35,929 nucleotides of DNA from a virus. Lineage: Duplodnaviria; Heunggongvirae; Uroviricota; Caudoviricetes. The notes beneath the pieces are model-generated. The model ran no database searches, was not told the origin of the DNA, and was given only the letters and a program-made list of their open reading frames with translations. Shown piece by piece: positions 7,624-17,500 of this stretch (positions are counted from its first letter, which is position 1; the number at the start of each line of letters is the position of its first letter). The stretch is from IMG/VR virus record IMGVR_UViG_2537561992_000022. One strand, 5' to 3'. Both the position numbers and the translations under genes were made by a program.

Positions 7624-9240
7624 AATGTCCCCAGACAATTCTCTGGGGGATTTTTCATGATCAAAGAGACTGTTACGATGAGTCATAAGGAACTCCACCG
7701 ACTTCAGATTATTCAGGAGTCAATTAATCGACATATTACTCAGGAACAAGCTGCGGCACGCATTGGCATTTCTATTCGGCAGGTTAAACGTCTGGTGCAA
7801 CGGTATAGAAATGAAGGGCCTTCTGGTCTGGTTTCCCACCGACGTGGAAAGCGTCCTAATAATTCCTTTTCTACTGAATTCAGAGCAACAGTAATTTCAC
7901 TCCTCAAAGGCCGTTACGCTGATTTTGGACCTACGTTTGCGTGCGAAAAATTGCGCGAGATACACGGTTTATCTTTATCCGTTGAAACTCTCAGAAAGTG
8001 GATGATAGAAGAGGGGTTATGGCGTGAACGCCGTCGTAAAATTGCCCGTATATATCAACGCCGCATGCGACGACCATCTTACGGTGAACTGATCCAGATT
8101 GATGGCTCACCTCATGACTGGTTTGAAAATCGAGGCCCCAGATGTACACTGATCGTTTTCATTGATGATGCCACCAGTGCGTTGATGGCGTTGCGTTTTG
8201 TGCCTGCTGAAACAACCCGGGCTTACATGGAAACCCTCCGGGGTTACCTTAATGATCATGGCGTACCGCTCGCTCTCTACTCTGATAGACACAGTATATT
8301 CAGGGTAAATAACCCAGAGCGGGAAGGTGAGCTGACCCAGTTCACTCGTGCGATAAAGACACTGGGCATCGAGCCAATCCATGCCAACAGCCCGCAGGCA
8401 AAAGGGCGGGTAGAGCGCGCCAATCAGACACTACAGGACAGGCTGGTCAAAGAAATGCGGCTTCAGAATATCAGTGATATTGAAACAGCAAATGCATGGT
8501 TGCCGACCTTTATTGAAGCCTATAACAACCGGTTCGCTACGTCGCCTCGTACTACTGATAATGCTCATCTTGATGTGCACCATTCTGAAGAGGAACTGGG
8601 TTATATCTTCAGCCTACAGGCGAAGCGCGTTCTGTCTAAAAATCTCACTTTCCAGTACAAAAGCAGTGCGTTTCAGGTACGCAGTGAGGGCCGGGGATAT
8701 CGACTTAGGCATTCGGTTGTTACTGTATGTGAGAACTTTGACGGTGAAATTAACGTTCTGTATGACGGGAAAGCGCTGGGCTGGGAAAAGTATGTTGATG
8801 GCCCGGAGCCTATACCACTGGATGATGAAAAGAGTGTCCATGAACGAGTGGATAATGCCCGTATTGATTTACGCTCAAAATACTATGTTAAATCTAAAGC
8901 TGACCATCCCTGGCTTACGCGCCGAACGCAAAGTCATCAGCAAGTTAAGCCCCCGAAGTTACCTAAAAAGAAGCCTGATCCCGATAAAATAGATTGAAAC
9001 CAAGATCGATTCGGTTGAGTGCATATCCATTCATAGGGTAGATTCTTAAGTCGCGTTTCTGATGTTCATTTTCGGGTGGTTTGTTACTTGTTTTACCGGG
9101 GATATGCCAGAAACGCGCTGAGTCAGTCTGGGCGGTGCGCGTAATGAGGCGTTATGGTAAATAGCCTATGCTAATGTCCGCTAAGAGCAAGAAGCGGAAG
9201 TTGGCAGTTTTGTGGACTGTCCCCACAAAAGTGACTACAG
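7600..9240 (+). mobile_element. IS481-like insertion element; boundaries approximate
   Basis: Transposase ORF flanked by non-coding DNA; TGTCCCCA motifs at 7626-7633 and 9219-9226 (the left one is also at 7603-7610); termini not resolved. Confidence 0.3.
7657..8997 (+). CDS. DDE transposase of rve/integrase-core type (IS481-family-like, 446 aa)
   Basis: N-terminal HTH-like region plus HANSPQAKGRVERANQTLQ motif typical of IS481/Mu-type transposases. Confidence 0.7.
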   Translation: MIKETVTMSHKELHRLQIIQESINRHITQEQAAARIGISIRQVKRLVQRYRNEGPSGLVSHRRGKRPNNSFSTEFRATVISLLKGRYADFGPTFACEKLREIHGLSLSVETLRKWMIEEGLWRERRRKIARIYQRRMRRPSYGELIQIDGSPHDWFENRGPRCTLIVFIDDATSALMALRFVPAETTRAYMETLRGYLNDHGVPLALYSDRHSIFRVNNPEREGELTQFTRAIKTLGIEPIHANSPQAKGRVERANQTLQDRLVKEMRLQNISDIETANAWLPTFIEAYNNRFATSPRTTDNAHLDVHHSEEELGYIFSLQAKRVLSKNLTFQYKSSAFQVRSEGRGYRLRHSVVTVCENFDGEINVLYDGKALGWEKYVDGPEPIPLDDEKSVHERVDNARIDLRSKYYVKSKADHPWLTRRTQSHQQVKPPKLPKKKPDPDKID

Positions 9241-9433
9241 AAATAGTTGCAATTCATAATTGATCATGGGTTGTCAGTTAAACTCGTGGCGATTTAAATA
9301 GACTAATTGGGAGTGCGTCCATTACTTATATCTTGTAATGTTAACTATCAGAAATGATACAAAGATAATATGTCTTTAAAGAAAAGGCTGATGGCGAAAA
9401 GTGGCCCGATGAGGGCCACAATACGGCTGTCAC

Positions 9434-9766
9434 TTAGACGTAAATATCAATGGTGCCAGCGGTATTTGTATCGTCTTTTTTCTCTTCTTTTTTATCAGGC
9501 TGAACTGTCGCGTCTTTATTCTTTTTCTCTGCCTGCTGCCTTAACAACTGCTCCAGTTGAGCCCTGAGGCTTTCAATTTGCTTCTGTACCAATGCAGCCA
9601 TTTCTTTTTTCTGCTGTGTCGTCATCCCCTCTTCCGATGAGATTTTCCCAAGCTTTTCAGTCAGCACCTGAATTTGTCTTGTGATTTTGGCTATTTCTGA
9701 TGTTCCTTCCGGGGCGGAGTTGTTTGAAATAACGGTTGAGGTATTTCCCTGAATTGTGACAGACAT
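9434..9766 (-). CDS. flxA: FlxA-like protein (110 aa), FliA-regulated
   Basis: 110-codon coiled-coil-rich ORF; near-consensus sigma-28 promoter immediately upstream. Confidence 0.75.
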   Translation of the reverse strand: MSVTIQGNTSTVISNNSAPEGTSEIAKITRQIQVLTEKLGKISSEEGMTTQQKKEMAALVQKQIESLRAQLEQLLRQQAEKKNKDATVQPDKKEEKKDDTNTAGTIDIYV

Positions 9767-9789
9767 AGATTTCTCCTTTTAAAAAAGCA

Positions 9790-9816
9790 CTATCGGCATG
9801 CACAAAAAAATCTTTA
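9790..9816 (-). promoter_or_regulatory. sigma-28 (FliA) promoter for flxA: TAAAGATT, 11-nt spacer, GCCGATAG
   Basis: Minus-strand match to the sigma-28 consensus TAAAGTTT-N11-GCCGATAA, 24 nt upstream of the flxA start. Confidence 0.65.
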
Positions 9817-9968
9817 ATCGTATTTCTTGTGTCATTAATTGTTTGATGTTCAGATTGTTTTCCTCGCGGGCTGGCGCGCCTCAGAAAGTAAAGCTTGTTG
9901 ACAGGGGTAAACGTTCGGCAATAATTTTCTGCCGCATGCGGGTGTTGCATAAAACGTGCTACGTTCCT

Positions 9969-10274
9969 TTATCGACAGGTCAGGTCACCGCTCACCCGCC
10001 GACGAGAAAGCAACACTGACATGCTAAAGCAAAAAATAGATGAATAAGTTGAGTTGTGCATATGTAGCCTGACCGTCACAAAGTATATGGTGTCTGTACC
10101 AGTAAGATGATGGCCGGACTCTTTAAAAACGAGCTGACCTGCACAATACAGGATGGACTTAGCAATGGCTGCTCCTGGCACAAAGCGGACAGTGATCACC
10201 GTTCTTACGACTACTTTCTGACTTCCTTCGTGACTTGCCCTAAGCATGTTGTAGTGCGATACTTGTAATGACAT
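9969..10274 (-). CDS. YdfV-like hypothetical protein (101 aa); weak call
   Basis: Size and position between flxA and relB match recalled K-12 ydfV; translation is not obviously protein-like. Confidence 0.3.
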   Translation of the reverse strand: MSLQVSHYNMLRASHEGSQKVVVRTVITVRFVPGAAIAKSILYCAGQLVFKESGHHLTGTDTIYFVTVRLHMHNSTYSSIFCFSMSVLLSRRRVSGDLTCR

Positions 10275-10287
10275 TTGTAATTACAAG
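10262..10287 (+). promoter_or_regulatory. relBE operator: TTGTAAT repeats including the 12-bp palindrome TTGTAATTACAA
   Basis: Palindrome at 10275-10286 immediately upstream of the relB RBS. Confidence 0.5.
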
Positions 10288-10298
10288 AGGTGTAAGAC

Positions 10299-10538
10299 AT
10301 GGGTAGCATTAACCTGCGTATTGACGATGAACTTAAAGCGCGTTCTTACGCCGCGCTTGAAAAAATGGGTGTAACTCCTTCTGAAGCGCTTCGTCTCATG
10401 CTCGAGTATATCGCTGACAATGAACGCTTGCCGTTCAAACAGACACTCCTGAGTGATGAAGATGCTGAACTTGTGGAGATAGTGAAAGAACGGCTTCGTA
10501 ATCCTAAGCCAGTACGTGTGACGCTGGATGAACTCTGA
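10299..10538 (+). CDS. relB: RelB antitoxin
   Basis: Translation MGSINLRIDDELKARSYA...VRVTLDEL matches recalled RelB; TGATG overlap with relE. Confidence 0.9.
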   Translation: MGSINLRIDDELKARSYAALEKMGVTPSEALRLMLEYIADNERLPFKQTLLSDEDAELVEIVKERLRNPKPVRVTLDEL

Positions 10539-10825
10539 TGGCGTATTTTCTGGATTTTGACGAGCGGGCACTAAAGGAATGGCGAAAGCTGGGCTCGACG
10601 GTACGTGAACAGTTGAAAAAGAAGCTGGTTGAAGTACTTGAGTCACCCCGGATTGAAGCAAACAAGCTCCGTGGTATGCCTGATTGTTACAAGATTAAGC
10701 TCCGGTCTTCAGGCTATCGCCTTGTATACCAGGTTATAGACGAGAAAGTTGTCGTTTTCGTGATTTCTGTTGGGAAAAGAGAACGCTCGGAAGTATATAG
10801 CGAGGCGGTCAAACGCATTCTCTGA
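10538..10825 (+). CDS. relE: RelE toxin (ribosome-dependent mRNA interferase)
   Basis: 95-codon ORF MAYFLDFDERALKEWRKLG... matches recalled RelE; translationally coupled to relB. Confidence 0.9.
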   Translation: MAYFLDFDERALKEWRKLGSTVREQLKKKLVEVLESPRIEANKLRGMPDCYKIKLRSSGYRLVYQVIDEKVVVFVISVGKRERSEVYSEAVKRIL

Positions 10826-10896
10826 ACCAAAGCATGACATCTCTGTTTCGCACCGAAGGTGACACTTCTGCTTTGCGTTGACAGGAGAAGCAGGCT

Positions 10897-11052
10897 ATGA
10901 AGCAGCAAAAGGCGATGTTAATCGCCCTGATCGTCATCTGTTTAACCGTCATAGTGACGGCACTGGTAACGAGGAAAGACCTCTGCGAGGTACGAATCCG
11001 AACCGGCCAGACGGAGGTCGCTGTCTTCACAGCTTACGAACCTGAGGAGTAA
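10897..11052 (+). CDS. hokD: Hok-family membrane toxin HokD/RelF (51 aa)
   Basis: MKQQKAMLIALIVICLTVIVTALVTRKDLCEVRIRTGQTEVAVFTAYEPEE; below the 60-aa cutoff of the ORF track. Confidence 0.8.
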   Translation: MKQQKAMLIALIVICLTVIVTALVTRKDLCEVRIRTGQTEVAVFTAYEPEE

Positions 11053-11120
11053 GAGACCCGGCGGGGGAGAAATCCCTCGCCACCTCTGATGTGGCAGGCA
11101 TCCTCAACGCACCCGCACTT

Positions 11121-11148
11121 AACCCGCTTCGGCGGGTTTTTGTTTTAT
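11121..11148 (+). terminator. rho-independent terminator after hokD
   Basis: CCCGC-TTCG-GCGGG hairpin followed by TTTTTGTTTT. Confidence 0.55.
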
Positions 11149-11267
11149 TTTCAACGCGTTTGAAGTTCTGGACGGTGCCGGAATAGAATCAAAAATACTT
11201 AAGTAGCGCGCAGGGATAAGAGGGATGGTCCCTTAAAGGGGAGAGCTAATTATCCGGAAGGATTCTG

Positions 11268-11519
11268 ATGATGAACATCGAAGAACTGCGTAAAATTTTT
11301 TGTGAAGATGGCCTCTATGCTGTGTGCGTTGAAAATGGAAATCTTGTTAGTCATTACCGCATTATGTGTTTGCGAAAGAATGGGGCTGCGTTAATTAATT
11401 TTGTGGATGCTCGGGTCACGGACGGATTTATCTTGCGCGAAGGTGAGTTTGTCACTTCATTACAGGCATTGAAAGAGATCGGAATAAAAGCTGGCTTTTC
11501 TGCTTTTTCAGGAGAATAA
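11268..11519 (+). CDS. rem: Rem-like small protein (83 aa)
   Basis: 83-codon ORF in the position of rem next to hokD. Confidence 0.55.
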   Translation: MMNIEELRKIFCEDGLYAVCVENGNLVSHYRIMCLRKNGAALINFVDARVTDGFILREGEFVTSLQALKEIGIKAGFSAFSGE

Positions 11520-11585
11520 ACTCATCTACAATCTTGCGCGGGGCTGAACTCCCGCTGAGTAACACCGTGCCACCGGAGAAAACCG

Positions 11586-11864
11586 ATGGCACGCAACGCA
11601 AAATATTACAATTCTGATAATTCGCCCGTTCTTGCCTGCACGCACGGGCGGTATTCTCACGCATTCAAGTCTGAATGGTTCCAGCACCCTCCATGCACTG
11701 CAGAACAGGCCGAATGGCTGATTCATTCTTACCGCAGGCGCGGGTTCGAGGTTAAGAAAGCTCTCAGTCTCGACTATCGGCACTGGATAATCTCTGTCAG
11801 GCTGCCTTATTCCGAACGCCCACCACGTGCGTCCCGCACTTTCCAGCAACGGATCTGGAGGTAA
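11586..11864 (+). CDS. hypothetical protein (92 aa)
   Basis: ORF ending at TAA 11862-11864, immediately before the ydfU start. Confidence 0.4.
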   Translation: MARNAKYYNSDNSPVLACTHGRYSHAFKSEWFQHPPCTAEQAEWLIHSYRRRGFEVKKALSLDYRHWIISVRLPYSERPPRASRTFQQRIWR

Positions 11865-11865
11865 C

Positions 11866-12915
11866 GTGCGGGTATTACTTAGACCTGTTCTGGTGCCTGA
11901 GCTTGGGCTGGTGGTCCTTAAGCCGGGCCGTGAATCCATACAGATATTTCATAATCCTCGAGTGCTGGTGGAACCGGAACCAAAAAGCATGCGTAATCTG
12001 CCATCCGGAGTCGTTCCTGCCGTTCGCCAGCCGCTGGCGGAAGACAAAACATTGCTGCCGTTTTTTAGTAACGAACGGGTGATTCGTGCTGCTGGCGGCG
12101 TTGGCGCATTGTCCGACTGGCTATTACGTCATGTTACATCCTGCCAGTGGCCTAATGGCGATTACCATCACACTGAAACAGTCATTCACCGTTATGGTAC
12201 CGGCGCAATGGTGTTGTGCTGGCACTGCGACAACCAACTGCGTGACCAGACATCGGAATCACTGGAGCTGCTTGCTCAACAAAATCTGACAGCATGGGTG
12301 ATTGACGTCATCCGTCACGCAATAAGCGGTACGCAGGAGCGGGAATTATCTTTGGCTGAATTATCCTGGTGGGCGGTCTGCAATCAGGTGGTGGATGCAC
12401 TACCTGAGGCTGTATCGCGTCGTTCGCTGGGATTACCAGCGGAAAAAATCTGCTCGGTGTACCGCGAAAGCGACATCGTACCGGGAGAGCAGACCGCCAC
12501 CAGCATATTGAAACAACGCACAAAAAATCTTGCACCGTTGCCTTACGCCCACCAGCAACAAAAATCACCACAGGAAAAGACGGTGGTAAGCATCACCGTT
12601 GATCCAGAGTCTCCGGAATCTTTCATGAAGCTGCCTAAACGTCGCCGCTGGGTTAAGGAGAAATACACACGTTGGGTTAAGACACAGCCGTGTGCTTGCT
12701 GCGGTATGCCAGCCGACGATCCGCATCATCTGATTGGTCACGGGCAGGGCGGAATGGGAACAAAAGCACATGATCTCTTTGTGTTGCCTTTGTGCAGAAA
12801 GCATCACAACGAGCTGCATACGGATACAGTGGCATTTGAAGATAAGTATGGCTCCCAACTGGAGCTGATATTTCGTTTTATCGATCGCGCGCTGGCAATT
12901 GGCGTACTGGCGTAA
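11866..12915 (+). CDS. ydfU: YdfU-like protein (349 aa) with C-terminal Cys/His cluster (HNH-like)
   Basis: GTG at 11866 with GGAGG 4 nt upstream; length equals recalled K-12 YdfU; C-terminal CACCG...HH...H...C..HH..H motif. Confidence 0.6.
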   Translation: MRVLLRPVLVPELGLVVLKPGRESIQIFHNPRVLVEPEPKSMRNLPSGVVPAVRQPLAEDKTLLPFFSNERVIRAAGGVGALSDWLLRHVTSCQWPNGDYHHTETVIHRYGTGAMVLCWHCDNQLRDQTSESLELLAQQNLTAWVIDVIRHAISGTQERELSLAELSWWAVCNQVVDALPEAVSRRSLGLPAEKICSVYRESDIVPGEQTATSILKQRTKNLAPLPYAHQQQKSPQEKTVVSITVDPESPESFMKLPKRRRWVKEKYTRWVKTQPCACCGMPADDPHHLIGHGQGGMGTKAHDLFVLPLCRKHHNELHTDTVAFEDKYGSQLELIFRFIDRALAIGVLA

Positions 12916-12928
12916 GTGGAGAACGAGC

Positions 12929-13570
12929 ATGAACCTTGAAGCCTTACCAAAATATTACTCCCCAAAATCTCCAAAATTGAGCGATGACGCTCCAGCGACA
13001 GGCACCGGTTGTTTAACAATTACGGATGTAATGGCAGCGCAGGGGATGGTGCAGTCGAAAGCACCACTTGGGTTGGCCTTATTTCTGGCAAAAGTTGGTG
13101 TTCAGGACCCTCAGTTTGCGATTGAAGGCCTGCTAAATTACGCGATGGCACTGGATAACCCGACATTGAACAAATTGAGTGAAGAAATCCGGTTACAGAT
13201 TATTCCTTACCTCGTGAATTTTGCCTTTGCTGATTACTCCAGGTCTGCGGCAAGTAAGGCTCGCTGTGAGCATTGTTCAGGTACGGGATTTTATAATGTA
13301 TTGCGCGAAGTGGTGAAACACTACCGACGCGGGGAATCTGTAATCAAGGAAGAATGGGTGAAGGAACTATGTCAGCATTGCCATGGTAAGGGTGAAGTCA
13401 GCACAGCGTGCAGAGGGTGTAAGGGTAAAGGGATTGTTCTGGATGAAAAAGAACCCGGTTTCATGGCGTACCGGTATATAAGATTTGTGGGCGTTGTAAT
13501 GGAAACCGGTTTAGTCGTTTACCGACCACGCTGGCACGACGTCATGTCCAGAAGCTGGTACCAGACCTGA
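12929..13570 (+). CDS. quuQ: late antiterminator Q (phage 82/21 type, CxxCxGxG zinc-finger repeats); apparently frameshifted, C-terminal 76 codons continue in another frame to 13680
   Basis: GGAGA RBS and ATG at 12929; three CxxCxGxG repeats in frame, a fourth (CGRCNGNR) in the alternative frame after the A5 run at 13446-13450. Confidence 0.7.
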   Translation: MNLEALPKYYSPKSPKLSDDAPATGTGCLTITDVMAAQGMVQSKAPLGLALFLAKVGVQDPQFAIEGLLNYAMALDNPTLNKLSEEIRLQIIPYLVNFAFADYSRSAASKARCEHCSGTGFYNVLREVVKHYRRGESVIKEEWVKELCQHCHGKGEVSTACRGCKGKGIVLDEKEPGFMAYRYIRFVGVVMETGLVVYRPRWHDVMSRSWYQT

Positions 13571-13711
13571 CCGATTATCAGTGGTATAAGGGGTATGCGG
13601 ACGTCATTGGTAAACTGGTAACAAAGTGCTGGCAGGAAGAAGCATACGCGGAAGCGCAATTGAGGAAGGTGACGAGATAAATGATTTTTGCTGAAGATGG
13701 CGACATGATGT

Positions 13712-13740
13712 TTGCATTTTTCAAAAAATATGGATAAAAT
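13712..13740 (+). promoter_or_regulatory. pR'-like late promoter: TTGCAT, 17-bp spacer, TAAAAT
   Basis: Near-consensus sigma-70 hexamers just downstream of Q and about 50 bp upstream of a terminator. Confidence 0.45.
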
Positions 13741-13789
13741 TTTTTCAACGATGGGCTTTGTATACCCGACGTTAAGAAAAAGTAGAAAA

Positions 13790-13809
13790 CCCGCTGATGA
13801 GCGGGTTTT
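13790..13809 (+). terminator. tR'-like rho-independent terminator
   Basis: CCCGCT-GATG-AGCGGG hairpin followed by TTTTG. Confidence 0.6.
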
Positions 13810-14101
13810 GTGCTTTAAATGGGGCAATGGTAATGTTGAATCTCATCCCGGGACTCATGTCTGTTAACTTATTATTTAGCTGGTGACTTGGTTATTTGCC
13901 TGATGTTTAAAATGTTTTCTTCCAGTACAATGTCCCTAAACACAATGAGTCTGCTTATTATATTATTAGCAGAGCTATTACGGCCAAAGTACAGCATAAG
14001 CTTTTAAAGCCAATCAACCAGTCATCAAGACAGACGGGGTTATTCATAAAAACTCTCCATGTGTGATCCGATGGGGCCTGAAATTAAAGCTTTAATATAG
14101 C

Positions 14102-14314
14102 TCATGAAAGGTAAACATTGGCAGCTGAAGGGCCACGCAGACCATTTATCCGGCAAAATTCCACGCGTAATCCGGTGGTAATTTCTTCTGCATCGCGGAG
14201 ATTGAGCGCTGAAACATGAAGCTGGACATCGATACGACCATCGGATGGGGTGATAAGACCCTTGCCGCTTTTGCCGTCAAAGGTTTTGACAATTCCTGTC
14301 ATTTTACGGGACAA
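14102..14314 (-). CDS. cspF: cold-shock protein, CspF/CspH type
   Basis: 70-codon [29 protein letters not shown]...[10 protein letters not shown], cold-shock domain. Confidence 0.8.
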
Positions 14315-14614
14315 AAAAATTCCTTAATACTGATAACTTGGCGCACTATACACACGTTCCTGAAGAAAGCTATAGTTTTTTGATGGGGTTGAAGATGGCT
14401 GGATGTCTAAAATAAACATTGCTTCATATGTTCAACTATGCGTTAATGATTGCGTCGGTTTGAAGAACAGACGATATACGAAGTAGTTTACTAAAGCAGT
14501 TCTCATTTCAGGTGTTATTCACTTATTCCTTCTTTGAGTCTCTCCAATTAAGTACGAAGTCGTTTCTGTTATGCAAACCATTTATGCCGAAAGGCTCAAG
14601 TTAAGGAATGTAGA

Positions 14615-14830
14615 ATGTCAAATAAAATGACTGGTTTAGTAAAATGGTTTAACGCTGATAAAGGTTTCGGCTTTATTTCTCCTGTTGATGGTAGTAAAGA
14701 TGTGTTTGTGCATTTTTCTGCGATTCAGAATGATAATTATCGAACCTTATTTGAAGGTCAAAAGGTTACCTTCTCTATAGAGAGAGGTGCTAAAGGTCCT
14801 GCAGCAGCAAATGTCATCATTACTGATTAA
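14615..14830 (+). CDS. cspB: cold-shock protein CspB-like
   Basis: [38 protein letters not shown]...; long cspA-like 5' leader upstream. Confidence 0.85.
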   Translation: MSNKMTGLVKWFNADKGFGFISPVDGSKDVFVHFSAIQNDNYRTLFEGQKVTFSIERGAKGPAAANVIITD

Positions 14831-15110
14831 AATTCATCGCTCGTCTGTATACGATAACGAAGAAGGCTGATGCCTGAGTAGAGATACGGACAGAGTAGTG
14901 AATATTGGATCTCTTTAATAAAAAGTAAGGAGGTCCAATACATGAAACAATGGCTAGCATATTTGGCAAAATCTTAATCAGGAAAAGTATGCTAACCATT
15001 GTGGTGAAGTGCAGGTTTGCTGCATGAATAGTTTCACAGCAGAAGCTAACTGCTGGCATCGCAAAACAAAGTGCGTAAGTGGATGACTCCCACAAAAAGC
15101 ACCACAATCT

Positions 15111-15134
15111 CAAACCCGCTCAGGCGGGTTTTTT
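15111..15134 (+). terminator. rho-independent terminator
   Basis: CCCGC-TCAG-GCGGG hairpin followed by TTTTTTATT. Confidence 0.5.
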
Positions 15135-15193
15135 ATTATCTGCTTTAAATATATTATTAAAATATAAAAAATACTTGTTACTAATAAAATCAA

Positions 15194-15364
15194 TCAGGCT
15201 ACAGCTTTAAGATTTGTCTGGAATACTTTGTTGCAATGAGGGCAGATCAAAAGGGCACCTTTTTGTACTCTTGAAAAACTGTGTTCTGACTCTTGGGTGC
15301 AGTTTGGGCAGGAACATTTAACGAGATAATTACGGCGTGATTTTGAGTCTTTACGTTCTGACAT
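15194..15364 (-). CDS. small zinc-ribbon-like protein (56 aa, CxxC...CxxC)
   Basis: Unlisted ORF MSERKDSKSRRNYLVKCSCPNCTQESEHSFSRVQKGALLICPHCNKVFQTNLKAVA with AGGAAA RBS 6 nt upstream of the ATG. Confidence 0.4.
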   Translation of the reverse strand: MSERKDSKSRRNYLVKCSCPNCTQESEHSFSRVQKGALLICPHCNKVFQTNLKAVA

Positions 15365-15583
15365 AGGCTTTTCCTGTATAATGGCCGTATACAGTACACT
15401 AAATATGAAAACATTTCTCGTATTATTATTTTATATATGACTTTCTTTCAAAATAATTACTCACATTTTTAATGTGTATGTTTCTTTAGCGCCGTTGAGA
15501 ACAACGTGTGCTGTCAAAACTACCCCGTAGACTCCGATCTTTTTCAAACATATTGCACCATCCGTGTACATCGGGGTGAGGAT

Positions 15584-15799
15584 ATGAAATCAATGGATAA
15601 GTTAACAACAGGTGTTGCCTATGGCACATCGGCGGGTAATGCTGGTTTCTGGGCATTACAGTTACTCGATAAAGTAACTCCGTCACAGTGGGCTGCAATC
15701 GGTGTGCTGGGTAGCCTGGTTTTTGGCCTGCTGACGTATCTGACAAATCTTTATTTCAAGATTAAAGAAGACAGGCGTAAGGCTGCGAGAGGAGAGTAA
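15584..15799 (+). CDS. essQ: lambdoid holin (71 aa)
   Basis: GAGGA RBS and ATG at 15584; [23 protein letters not shown]... with hydrophobic segments and charged C-terminus; precedes the lysozyme. Confidence 0.8.
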   Translation: MKSMDKLTTGVAYGTSAGNAGFWALQLLDKVTPSQWAAIGVLGSLVFGLLTYLTNLYFKIKEDRRKAARGE

Positions 15800-15803
15800 T
15801 CCA

Positions 15804-16111
15804 ATGACTCAAGACTATGAACTGGTTGTGAAAGGAGTCCGTAATTTTGAGAATAAAGTTACGGTAACTGTAGCCTTACAGGACAAGGAACGCTTTGACG
15901 GTGAAATTTTTGACCTGGATGTCGCCATGGACCGTGTTGAAGGAGCTGCGCTGGAGTTTTATGAGGCAGCAGCCAGAAGGAGCGTCCGGCAAGTCTTCCT
16001 GGAAGTAGCAGAAAAATTGTCAGAAAAAGTTGAGTCTTATCTGCAGCATCAGTACTCCTTTAAGATTGAAAATCCTGCCAATAAGCACGAGCGTCCTCAT
16101 CATAAATATAT

Positions 16112-16115
<4 letters not shown>
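15804..16115 (+). CDS. hypothetical protein between holin and lysozyme (103 aa)
   Basis: Tightly packed ORF inside the lysis cassette. Confidence 0.5.
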
Positions 16116-17138
<1,023 letters not shown>

Positions 17139-17500
17139 GGTAATATTAAATCGGAACATTTACATCGCGGAATGTAAAATTTAAATAAAAAGGACTCTTC
17201 CATGAGCCAAAATTCCTGAAATCTTAAGGGTAAGATAAAAGGTCTTAATCAGAATGACACGTTTTATTAATAAATAAAGCTATTCTTTCATTGCTGTGTT
17301 TTTCTTTACAAAAGTAATCCTTGCTATGGGTGGTTAATCATGCGTTAATGGTGTTCTGGTTTGTTACAAATTTATCTGAAGCAGTCATTGTTATAATTTT
17401 ATTATTTGTACCTCTTGAGATTTCCTTGTTGGTTTTTCTCTCTGATATTTTTTTTCGGACCATTCTGCCCAAGGGCTAATTTCTTCAAAAGGTAATAATT

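Noticed and set aside
9000-9430. Non-coding stretch right of the IS481-like transposase, searched for tRNA, att or small RNA
   Set aside because: No cloverleaf-like tRNA pattern, integrase or long ORF; likely IS terminus plus decayed nin-region remnant.
9370-9950. ORFs at 9370-9567 (plus) and 9657-9950 (minus) around flxA
   Set aside because: They overlap flxA or its sigma-28 promoter in other frames with low-complexity translations; judged spurious.
14820-15113. 97-codon minus-strand ORF downstream of cspB
   Set aside because: Cys/Phe-rich translation, no RBS, and it crosses the plus-strand terminator; likely non-coding.
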